From Desulfobacterales bacterium (GTDB taxonomy: Bacteria; Desulfobacterota; Desulfobacteria; Desulfobacterales; UBA5852), in contig CAXXVS010000003.1 of assembly GCA_963674755.2 (NCBI GenBank), positions 1,888,001-1,952,000 on the forward strand: DNA of 64,000 bases, read 5' to 3'. The position numbers and the translations under genes are program-made. The notes under the pieces were generated by a model. The model did not search any database and had not been told where the DNA came from. It saw nothing but the letters and a program-made list of their open reading frames with translations. Shown piece by piece: positions 8,371 through 16,676 of the stretch; positions within the stretch are counted from its first letter, which is position 1; each line of letters opens with the position of its first letter.

Positions 8371-8962
8371 TGAACCGACTACGCTCATTCCTTCGATTGG
8401 ATTCCTGGTTGAACTGCTCCGCGAACCGAGCGGGTTATTTGCCGCGGTAGCGCAGGGCCAGCTCCAGGAACCCGTCGCGGGTCATGACGTAGGCCTTCTG
8501 CGGACGGTTCCATTGGTCCGTGTAGGAGGTCGCTCCAAAATTGGAGCGACCAAAATCCTCTGTAACATCAAGCCCTTCGATGTCACGAAGGACATGCCCG
8601 TGCTGCTTGCTGAAGGACTCGGCCACGGCCAGGCTGGTGGTGACGGGGGTGTTGTCGGCGTCTAAAACGACGAGCTTCTCCATCCGGTTGAACTCCCGGA
8701 TGAAGCTCTCCCGGAACCGCTTGGCCTTCTTGCCGCGGTAGCGCAGGGCCAGGTCCAGGAACCCGTCGCGGGTCATGATGTAGGCCTTCTTCTGACGGTT
8801 CCATTTATCCGTGTAGGAGATGAGCCCAAATTTGGGCTCACCTATATCCTCTGTAACATCAATAGCTTCGATGTCACGTAGGACATGCGTGTGCCGCTTG
8901 CCGAAGGACTCGGCCACGGCCAGGCTGGTGGTGACGGGGGTGTTGTCGGCGTCTAAGGTGAC
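8110..8962 (-). repeat. Three tandem ~290-bp Rha-domain units
   Basis: Identical 41-mer GGACTCGGCCACGGCCAGGCTGGTGGTGACGGGGGTGTTGT at 8325, 8615 and 8906; GCCGCGGTAGCGCAGGGCCAG at 8151, 8441 and 8732. Confidence 0.92.
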
Positions 8963-8989
8963 CAAGGAACATAGGGGATCCTGGGTCAC
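8435..8989 (-). CDS. Rha family phage regulatory protein with two tandem Rha domains (second one truncated)
   Basis: TTSLAVAESFGKRH.HVLRDI...Y.MTRDGF..L...Y.GKKA..F...FI.EFNRME Rha signature, present twice. Confidence 0.85.
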   Translation of the reverse strand: MTQDPLCSLVTLDADNTPVTTSLAVAESFGKRHTHVLRDIEAIDVTEDIGEPKFGLISYTDKWNRQKKAYIMTRDGFLDLALRYRGKKAKRFRESFIREFNRMEKLVVLDADNTPVTTSLAVAESFSKQHGHVLRDIEGLDVTEDFGRSNFGATSYTDQWNRPQKAYVMTRDGFLELALRYRGK

Positions 8990-9223
8990 GAGGAAGGTTC
9001 TGGGCTGGTTTTGTCGGCACAGATGGATTCATGGACCAACTGCGCGGTTCTTCGTAATCTTATAACCAAAACTGGCCAAATTTTTGACGGGGCAGTACTT
9101 TAGGTTTTCGCGATCTCGGTTGCAGAAATGGCGGAATTGGCATAGCCTCCAGCATCTTTGAGTGCACCCCGCTGACGACTTCCCGATTGGGACCGATCAT
9201 CAAGAATATGGAGGGCAAAGATA

Positions 9224-9571
9224 ATGGCCCAACACACGCGGATTGATCTACAAATCATCAAGAGAAACGGGAAGCCGCTATTCGCGGTGATCCCGTATGA
9301 AGAATACCTCGGCCTCGTTTCTGAATGCGGCCGCGAGGGCGAGGCGCTAATCCCCCACGAAGTCGTGGGAATGGTCATCAAGCATGAAATCGGCCTCGTG
9401 AAGGCTTGGCGTCAGTATCTGGGCCTTAGCCAGCAGCAGGTTGCCGAGCGTGCTGGCCTTAGTCGGTCGACCGTTTCACGAATCGAAAACTCCTACAGCA
9501 CCCCGCAAGGCCGTGTATTGGACAAACTGGCCGCAGCAATGGGGATCTCAGCCAAGCAGTTGATCGATTGA
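9224..9571 (+). CDS. XRE-family HTH regulator, HigA-antitoxin-like; no cognate toxin seen
   Basis: QIIKRNGKPLFAVIPYEEY N-terminus plus WRQYLGLSQQQVAERAGLSRSTVSRIE HTH; GGAGG RBS. Confidence 0.8.
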   Translation: MAQHTRIDLQIIKRNGKPLFAVIPYEEYLGLVSECGREGEALIPHEVVGMVIKHEIGLVKAWRQYLGLSQQQVAERAGLSRSTVSRIENSYSTPQGRVLDKLAAAMGISAKQLID

Positions 9572-9667
9572 CCGGCGATAGTGCATACTAGTGCGGGTGC
9601 CCATTTGTTAATCAATCCTCCGCCAGCCTTCCCACTAAATGCTTCTAATTCCGCGATCAAAAAGTGG

Positions 9668-12600
9668 TTATCCAAAAACTACATCAACGGATTTTACCGC
9701 TGGGATTTCGAGTAAATCGCTTTTGAGCTTCTCGCCCACGTCAACCCTCAAATCATCGACAAGGAGGGCAATATTTTGTGAGCAGTTATCCCCACCATTA
9801 TCATCATGTAAAAAAACTTTAACGGCACCCGGGTGTTCTTCAAGTACCTTGATCAGTTCTTCGGCTGAGGATTGCACGAGGCCTTCTTTTTGGTCTATAA
9901 ATACGTGCAAGCTTTGGGCAATGTCTGATACAGCCTCATCTATGGTCTTAACGGTCCTTACCACCATTTGGTTCCTGCCATTGCGATGCTCTACTGCTCC
10001 AGAAAAATACAGCGTTTCGCTGAGACTTAGCTTAGGGCGAAATAAATAATAACTTGGCATGAACATTACGGCCTCGATCGTCCCAAGCGCATCTTCGAGG
10101 GTTATAAAACACATGTTTTTCCCTGTTTTTGTCTTTATGTCTTTAACAGCTTGGACGTTTCCGATAAATCGAACAGTCGCCCTGTCGCGTGCGAGAGCGA
10201 ATTCCTTGCTCCCAGTACACCCCATCGTTTTGATAATCCCCTGAAGCGCGCGATTAGGATGGTCTGATAGATAGAACCCCAAGGCTTCTTTTTCAGCCTG
10301 CATAAAATCAGACACTTTCACGCTGTCATTCGTTTTGCTCAGCTCTGATAAAAGAACTTGCCGTGAAAAACCCGTTGAATCGAAAGCCCCGCTTTTAACA
10401 AGGGATTCGATAACCCGTTTGTTTACAAGTCTACTATCCGTGCGTTTTCTAAAATCAGTTAGTGTCCTAAAAGGAGCGTCCTCCCTCGCCTTTAGGATGT
10501 TCTGCACAGCGGGTTCTCCTACATGTCTGATTGCCGTAAGGCCATAGCGAATTGCGCCGTCATCGATGGAAAACTGTTCACCGCTAAAGTTAACGTCGGG
10601 GGGTAAAACCGGAATTTCGTGGCTGCGACACTCGGCCATGTATTTGACGACGCCGTCGGTGGAATGCATTTCACTGGTCAGCAGGGCGGCCAGAAACTCC
10701 ACCGGGTAGTGGGCTTTCAGGTAAGCCGTCTGATAGGCAATCAGCGCATACGCGGCGCTGTGGGACTTGTTGAACCCGTAGCCGCCGAACTTCTCCATGA
10801 GGTCGAAGATGCGCTTGGCTTTGTCCTCGGGGATCTGGTTCTCCTGGGCTCCGGCCATGAAGGAGTCCCGGTGCTCAGCCATTTTCTCAGCGATTTTCTT
10901 GCCCATGGCCTTGCGCAGGTCGTCGGCCCTATCCATCGAGTAATTGGCCAGTTCGGCCGCGATTTTCATGACCTGTTCCTGATAGAGAATGACCCCATAG
11001 GTCTCCTTCAGGATCGGTTCCAGTTGTGGAACGCTGTAGACCACCGGCTTGCGACCGCGCTTGCACTCCACGAAATCGTCCACCATGCCGCTGTCCAAGG
11101 GACCCGGCCGGTAAAGAGCCAAAAGCGCCGTGATATCCTCGAATGAGGCCGGCTTCAGGCGCACCACCAGCTCCTTCATGCCCGTGCTTTCCAATTGGAA
11201 TACCCCCGTGGTGTCGCCGTTGCACAGGAGGTTGTAGGTCTCCCGGTCGTCGAGATCGAGGTCGGCCATGTCCGGTATGGGCTTGCCCTGGTCAGCCAGC
11301 AGCGAGAGGGTCTTGGCAATTACCGTTAGGTTGCGCAGCCCCAGGAAGTCAAACTTCACGAGCCCCGTCTTCTCGACATGCTTCATGTCGAACTGGGTAA
11401 CGACTTCCCCCTTTTTCCCCCGGTATAATGGAAGGTACTCAGTCAGCGGCTTGTCGCCAATGACGGCCCCGGCGGCATGGGTGGAAGCATGCCGCGGCAG
11501 TCCCTCCAGAACCCGACAAATTTGAAGCAACTCTTTGATTTCCGGACGGGTGGCGGCCAGTTCGTTGAACTTGGGCTCATGGAGAATCGCGTCGTCCAGG
11601 CTGATGTTGAGGACATCCGGCACCATCTTGGCGATGGCGTCAACCTCCCGCAAGGAAATCCCTAAAGCACGTCCCACATCGCGAATGACCGCACGGGCTT
11701 TAAGATTACCAAAGGTGATGATCTGGGCGACGTAGTCGCCGCCGCCGTACTTATCCACGACATACTTGTAGACCTGGTCGCGGCCGTTGATGCAGAAGTC
11801 CACGTCGATATCCGGCATGCTGATGCGGGCCGGATTGAGAAACCGTTCGAAGATCAACCCGTGCTCAATGGGGTCCAGATCGGTGATGCCCATGGCATAA
11901 GCCACCATACTGCCTGCGGCCGAGCCGCGCCCGGGTCCCACCGGGATGCCGTTGTCCTTGGCGTAGCGGATGAAGTCGGCCACGATCAGGAAATAGCCGG
12001 AAAACCCCATTTCCTTTATAACTGATATCTCGTAGTCCAGCCGCTCGTTGTAGACGGATTGATCGAGGTCCGCCTGTTTTTCGAGGATCTTGGCCATGCG
12101 GCCGCGAAACCCCTCGCGCACCGTGTGCTCGAAGAGGTCCTCGGGGGGAATGTCTTCAGGGGCCTGGAATTTGGGAAAGTGGTAGGAAAAATCGAATTCG
12201 TAGGCGCAGCGCCGGGCGATATCGAGTGTGTTGGAGACGGCGCCGGGATAATCGGCGAAGGAAGCCGCCATCTCCTCGGGCGACTTGAAATAGAGCTGGT
12301 CCGTGCTGAAGCGAAAGCGGTTGGTCTCGTTGACGGTTTTGCCGGTCTGGATGCACAGCAGGACGTCGTGGGCGCGCACGTCCTCTTTATGGAGGTAGTG
12401 GCAGTCGTTGCTGGCCACCAGCGGAATGGAAAGCCGCTGACTCATGTCCCACAACGTCCGGTTGACCGTCTCCTGGATGTCGATGCCATTGTTTTGGACC
12501 TCGAGGTAGAAGCGGTTCTCTCCGAACAGTGCCTGGTACCAGCGCGCCGCCGCATCGGCCTGGTCAATGTGGCCGTTTTTGATGTGCATGGGAATTTCCC

Positions 12601-13033
12601 CGCGCAGACAGGCGGAAAGCGCGATAAGCCCCTCGTGATGGGCTTCCAGAAGCTGCTTGTCAATGCGTGGGCGATAATAGAACCCCTCCATCTGGGCGAT
12701 TGAAACCAGGCGGCAGAGATTGCGATAACCTTCCTGGTTTTCGGCGATCAGAACGAGGTGCGTCAGCCCCTTGGCGTCCTCGGGGGTCTTGTCGTTGATC
12801 GTGCGCGGGGCCACATAGACCTCGCAACCGAGGACGGGACGCAATCCCGCTTTTTTAGCCTTGGTGTATAACGTCATTACCCCGAACATGGTGCCGTGAT
12901 CCGTAATCGAAACGGCCTCCATTCCAAAAGCCTGCGCTTGGGCGATTAGCGGATCAATCCCGATCGCGCCGTCGAGCAGGCTGTACTGGGTGTGGACGTG
13001 GAGGTGGACGAAACTGCTTCTGATACCGGGCAT
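9668..13033 (-). CDS. dnaE: DNA polymerase III alpha subunit (element-borne copy)
   Basis: PHP HLHVHTQYSLLDGA, GRGSAAGS, catalytic PDIDVDF, KFDFLGL, YGFNKSHSAAY, EKEALGFYLSDHP, OB-fold FITLED; AAGGAG RBS. Confidence 0.95.
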   Translation of the reverse strand: MPGIRSSFVHLHVHTQYSLLDGAIGIDPLIAQAQAFGMEAVSITDHGTMFGVMTLYTKAKKAGLRPVLGCEVYVAPRTINDKTPEDAKGLTHLVLIAENQEGYRNLCRLVSIAQMEGFYYRPRIDKQLLEAHHEGLIALSACLRGEIPMHIKNGHIDQADAAARWYQALFGENRFYLEVQNNGIDIQETVNRTLWDMSQRLSIPLVASNDCHYLHKEDVRAHDVLLCIQTGKTVNETNRFRFSTDQLYFKSPEEMAASFADYPGAVSNTLDIARRCAYEFDFSYHFPKFQAPEDIPPEDLFEHTVREGFRGRMAKILEKQADLDQSVYNERLDYEISVIKEMGFSGYFLIVADFIRYAKDNGIPVGPGRGSAAGSMVAYAMGITDLDPIEHGLIFERFLNPARISMPDIDVDFCINGRDQVYKYVVDKYGGGDYVAQIITFGNLKARAVIRDVGRALGISLREVDAIAKMVPDVLNISLDDAILHEPKFNELAATRPEIKELLQICRVLEGLPRHASTHAAGAVIGDKPLTEYLPLYRGKKGEVVTQFDMKHVEKTGLVKFDFLGLRNLTVIAKTLSLLADQGKPIPDMADLDLDDRETYNLLCNGDTTGVFQLESTGMKELVVRLKPASFEDITALLALYRPGPLDSGMVDDFVECKRGRKPVVYSVPQLEPILKETYGVILYQEQVMKIAAELANYSMDRADDLRKAMGKKIAEKMAEHRDSFMAGAQENQIPEDKAKRIFDLMEKFGGYGFNKSHSAAYALIAYQTAYLKAHYPVEFLAALLTSEMHSTDGVVKYMAECRSHEIPVLPPDVNFSGEQFSIDDGAIRYGLTAIRHVGEPAVQNILKAREDAPFRTLTDFRKRTDSRLVNKRVIESLVKSGAFDSTGFSRQVLLSELSKTNDSVKVSDFMQAEKEALGFYLSDHPNRALQGIIKTMGCTGSKEFALARDRATVRFIGNVQAVKDIKTKTGKNMCFITLEDALGTIEAVMFMPSYYLFRPKLSLSETLYFSGAVEHRNGRNQMVVRTVKTIDEAVSDIAQSLHVFIDQKEGLVQSSAEELIKVLEEHPGAVKVFLHDDNGGDNCSQNIALLVDDLRVDVGEKLKSDLLEIPAVKSVDVVFG

Positions 13034-13111
13034 GTCGGCTCCTTTTCCAAAGTAGGTGTATTAGCGCGGTTCTTCATACTATATTGTGGAACCTAAGCAA
13101 CCGTTTTTTAA

Positions 13112-13131
13112 GGCGAAAAAATTTTTTCGCC
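13112..13131. promoter_or_regulatory. Perfect 20-bp palindrome in the dnaE/primase divergent promoter region; candidate operator
   Basis: GGCGAAAAAATTTTTTCGCC. Confidence 0.5.
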
Positions 13132-13235
13132 ATTCACTTAAAAAATCGGCCCTCCCAATCCATCTATTCAATAGGTGTACTTAAATAAATACCTTTTTGA
13201 ATCGCGACCCAGCGAGGTCGGGAAAGGGAGGACAA

Positions 13236-13478
13236 ATGCTCAAGCGTATCGTTAGTCTCGGCAAAGAAAACAAGGTCAGGCAGGAAAAAGTAGTCTCGGT
13301 AACTGAACTTGCGTTGGCGGTGTCCCGGACGCTGAAAGACGTGCACTACACCAAGGAGAGGGTGCTTGTGACCAACCGGGGCAAAATCTTCGTGGCCATC
13401 GTGCCAGTGTCCGACGATGAAGCCCGGCGTACGATCGTTGTCCCGCAGAATCCGGGGGAGGAAGTTGATAGTGAGTAA
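13236..13478 (+). CDS. Phd/YefM-like small DNA-binding protein
   Basis: VSVTEL...SRTLKDV....ERVLVTNRGKIFVAIVP pattern; GGAGG RBS before ATG 13236; overlaps the primase start. Confidence 0.6.
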   Translation: MLKRIVSLGKENKVRQEKVVSVTELALAVSRTLKDVHYTKERVLVTNRGKIFVAIVPVSDDEARRTIVVPQNPGEEVDSE

Positions 13479-16008
13479 CAACTACCTCACCGAGAAATGC
13501 CTCGAACTCCTGCAAAGCAGCGAGTTCTGGGGGGCAACTACCTATACGAACGACCGCTACGTTGGCAACGTAATTTGTCCGGTGTGCAGGGAACCTGAAG
13601 CCTTTCTATACCTCGATAACCTAGGGGTGCTTGCCTGCAATCGCAAAAATAAGTGCGGGGCGGTTACAGCCATCAAGGAGCTTTTCCCCAACCTATATGC
13701 TGGGATCGAGGAAGAAAACCCCCCGACCGAGGATGATCCAAAGCGTCCAGCTATGGCCTACCTGGAATCACGGGGATTCCACAAAGCCCTTGAGGGCCTC
13801 TCCTACGAATACCGACAGAACGTTCGCGGCACCGGAAAGGGTGCGGTCATGATCCCCGTCGAGGCTGTGGGGGAAGACACCGTTTATAACGGGCGCATTT
13901 TCGATCCGCCGAAGAACGAGGGCAAGACCCACAACATCGGGTCTACATCAGGCAAAATCTGGCGTCACCCCGGAATCGCCTACGATCCAAACCGGGAAAC
14001 CATCATCACGGAGGGCATCTTCGACGCATTGTCATTGGTCGAGATGGGTTTTCAGGCCATCGCCGTTTTGTCAGCCGGTGTCGATCCGAATAAGCTTGAC
14101 TTAACATGGATAAGAAGACCCGTGCTGGCGTTCGATAACGACAAGGCGGGTATAAAGGCGCTTAAACGGTTCGCCGACTATTTCGAAGGCAAGGATCCCA
14201 ACGGCGGGCGGCCGGCCGCCATTTTGTGCCCGCGGGGGGATTGGAATGACTTCCTGCTCGCGGGTCCGGTGGGTGAGGCGATAGATCGCTTCGAAAAACA
14301 ACGCCCCGCCATGGAGGCCCATGCTGCCCTGGCTCTGGCCAAGACCGCCCAAGAATACGCCCAAATTTATTACAACGAGTTTAGGCGTTCGGGATTCTTT
14401 CCCTTTAATGGGAACTATTACTATTCCACCGTTAAAGAGAGTAAACAAGGTACCGAGGTCAAGACCAAGCACGTCGCTGACTTCACAATCGAAGTCCACC
14501 ACTTCAAGGTAAACGACTCTGACTCCGACGATACCTTTACCTACCACCTTCAGGTTACCAAGTGTAACGGGGAGACGCGGCACATTACTGTAACCGCTAA
14601 AGAGCTGAGTACACCATATGCCATGAAGGCGATGTTCCTGGGGCGTGCAAAAGCGCATTGGAAGGGCGATACCGCTGCGACCGAGGCGCTCATAGACCTT
14701 ATTGTAAGCGCAAAAGCCAAGGAAGTTCGGCAGCTTGAATTTACCGGATATGATCGCGAATCCGGCTGCTATGTGTATCCGACGCATATGGTTGCCACCA
14801 ACGGAGAATTGGTCCTGCCAAATAAGAAAGGGTTCTTCGACGTTGCAGGCAACAAGAGTGTACATCCGGCCCCATACAACTTTGCAATTTTACCGTCCAA
14901 CGGTGTGCAGGTGAGCAGGCTATACGAGTTGATGTTGGCGGCCTGGGGTTCTAAGGCCGCACTGGCGATCGCATGGGTCGTGGCAAGCTGGTTCGTAAAC
15001 CAGATCAAGAAGGAGATAGGTTTTTTCCCTTTTCTGTCGCTCTACGGTGACTCCCAGACGGGTAAATCCAACATGGTGAGGATCCTGAATGCGTTTCAGT
15101 GCATGGACGAAGAAGGCATGCCAATGTCGAAAACGAATACGGCAAAAGGCGAGCTCCGGAAGATCGCCCAGCGCTCAGGTAATTTCATTGCCATGCTGGA
15201 GTGGCCTCAGGATCCCAAAATGGCGCGTTTCGACATCGAGAAAATCCTGACGATGTTCAACAATAGCCCGCTGCAAGTTCGTGCTTTGAAGACAGCGGAC
15301 ATCCGCACTCACGAAATCCCGTTCTACGGGGCCTTAATGTTCGTCCAGAACGTAGAACCGCTTAAAACTAAGCCCCAGAAGGAGCGTGTTATCTCCTGCG
15401 CGTTCAAGGCCGATGATCTCGATGAAAATACCCGACGGGCCTTCATGACATTGGAAAAGATCTCGCTTAATGACAAGGCAAGCTTTTTTCGCGAGGTCAT
15501 GTCGCACCGGCAGACCATCGAATCCGAGTGGCATACGGCATATGGAAGGGCTCAAGAAGAGCTTCAGGACCTGGACATCAGCTCACGGATCCGTGAAACC
15601 CATGGCCTGATCCTGGGCTTTCACTACCTGCTTTGCACGTTTTTTGGGTTCGACGTCGATCTTATGCCGTATCTAACTGAAATTATGCGGAAAAAAGAAC
15701 TTGCGTGTGCAACCGAGCCTGAAACTGTCGCGGATCACTTCCTCGGCATCCTTCTCTCCTTGCCAGAGCCGGACTCCAACAAGGATTTTATACATATTGC
15801 CGGCAACGAGCTCTGGGTTCAGAAGGCGAATGCGGAGAAGGCGATACGGGAGCAGGGATACACCTTGAACGCGTCCGAGATGGCGCTCGCCACCGCCCTT
15901 AGCAATCACCCCGCGTTTATTCGGCGAAATACACACCGGTTTAACGGCACACCGATGAATGGTCACCTCTTCGACTACCGTAAACTGCGGGAGGCCTACG
16001 CTTCCTAA
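13471..16008 (+). CDS. Zn-finger/TOPRIM primase fused to a P-loop helicase-like domain (replication protein)
   Basis: CPVC...CNRKNKCG Zn finger, ITEGIFDALS and AFDNDKAG TOPRIM, DWND, Walker A GDSQTGKS; GTG start at 13471 inferred. Confidence 0.88.
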   Translation: MSNNYLTEKCLELLQSSEFWGATTYTNDRYVGNVICPVCREPEAFLYLDNLGVLACNRKNKCGAVTAIKELFPNLYAGIEEENPPTEDDPKRPAMAYLESRGFHKALEGLSYEYRQNVRGTGKGAVMIPVEAVGEDTVYNGRIFDPPKNEGKTHNIGSTSGKIWRHPGIAYDPNRETIITEGIFDALSLVEMGFQAIAVLSAGVDPNKLDLTWIRRPVLAFDNDKAGIKALKRFADYFEGKDPNGGRPAAILCPRGDWNDFLLAGPVGEAIDRFEKQRPAMEAHAALALAKTAQEYAQIYYNEFRRSGFFPFNGNYYYSTVKESKQGTEVKTKHVADFTIEVHHFKVNDSDSDDTFTYHLQVTKCNGETRHITVTAKELSTPYAMKAMFLGRAKAHWKGDTAATEALIDLIVSAKAKEVRQLEFTGYDRESGCYVYPTHMVATNGELVLPNKKGFFDVAGNKSVHPAPYNFAILPSNGVQVSRLYELMLAAWGSKAALAIAWVVASWFVNQIKKEIGFFPFLSLYGDSQTGKSNMVRILNAFQCMDEEGMPMSKTNTAKGELRKIAQRSGNFIAMLEWPQDPKMARFDIEKILTMFNNSPLQVRALKTADIRTHEIPFYGALMFVQNVEPLKTKPQKERVISCAFKADDLDENTRRAFMTLEKISLNDKASFFREVMSHRQTIESEWHTAYGRAQEELQDLDISSRIRETHGLILGFHYLLCTFFGFDVDLMPYLTEIMRKKELACATEPETVADHFLGILLSLPEPDSNKDFIHIAGNELWVQKANAEKAIREQGYTLNASEMALATALSNHPAFIRRNTHRFNGTPMNGHLFDYRKLREAYAS

Positions 16009-16016
16009 ACGGCGGA

Positions 16017-16302
16017 GGTTACGGATATTACACCGTGTTACTACAGGATTACATAAAAATAATAATAATTTTAGTATCTTATAATATATGTAATCTTGTA
16101 ACAAAAAAAATATAGGAGGACCCAATGGCAATCAATATGCGTGAACCGCGCGTCGAATCAGACGTGCCCATACAAAGTGCAGATAGGTATAAAAATCGAA
16201 TTACATCGGTTACACAGGTTACAGAATATCTAAGGTACATAAATAAAAAGGAAAATTATGTAATCTCAGGCGTTGGCCGTAAGGTTACCCCGAGCTTACA
16301 CA
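16017..16302. other. Putative replication origin: AT-rich tract with clustered (G/A)TTAC and GTAA(C/T) repeats
   Basis: About ten copies of GGTTAC/GATTAC/TGTAAT/TGTAAC in both orientations around very AT-rich spacers, directly downstream of the primase stop. Confidence 0.55.
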
Positions 16303-16676
16303 CCGTCTCGACCCTCGGTGTCGTAGCCCCGGCCGAGGAGTACCTGTTATGTATGGGGGTGCATTGTCCATCTTTGGTTCCGGGAAATGCGCCCTCATGT
16401 AAGGAGACAGGGCTGACCGTATACCAGATATTCGAGGTCAACGGAGGGTGTCCACATGGACAATGGCGCCGCTACAAATCGACATCGACCGAAGCCCAAT
16501 TGCCAAGCACCTGCAATGTCTGCGGAGGTAGAGACTGGTGGCAACCGAAAATCAGTAACACACGAATTTGCGCCCGGTGCCATCCACCGGTCGTTCCGGA
16601 GAGCCAACTGCTCAGAGCGAGTGTTGAAGCCGTCACCCTGTCACTTAATAACCAAGGAGATCAAGACGATGAATAA
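16125..16676 (+). CDS. Hypothetical protein with C-terminal Zn-ribbon
   Basis: GGAGG RBS; CNVCGGRDWW...ICARCHPP; the 5' part overlaps the repeat tract. Confidence 0.5.
   Translation: MAINMREPRVESDVPIQSADRYKNRITSVTQVTEYLRYINKKENYVISGVGRKVTPSLHTVSTLGVVAPAEEYLLCMGVHCPSLVPGNAPSCKETGLTVYQIFEVNGGCPHGQWRRYKSTSTEAQLPSTCNVCGGRDWWQPKISNTRICARCHPPVVPESQLLRASVEAVTLSLNNQGDQDDE

Noticed and set aside
8110..8962. Diversity-generating retroelement (TR/VR pair)
   Set aside because: No reverse transcriptase in the window, and differences between units are not confined to adenine positions
9668..13033. dnaE2/imuABC mutasome, or an intein-containing dnaE
   Set aside because: No imuA/imuB neighbours, motifs look like replicative DnaE1, and the length leaves no room for an intein
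13068..13093. LexA/SOS box upstream of dnaE
   Set aside because: The GGTTC-N16-GAACC spacing does not fit LexA boxes I know; kept only as a generic inverted repeat
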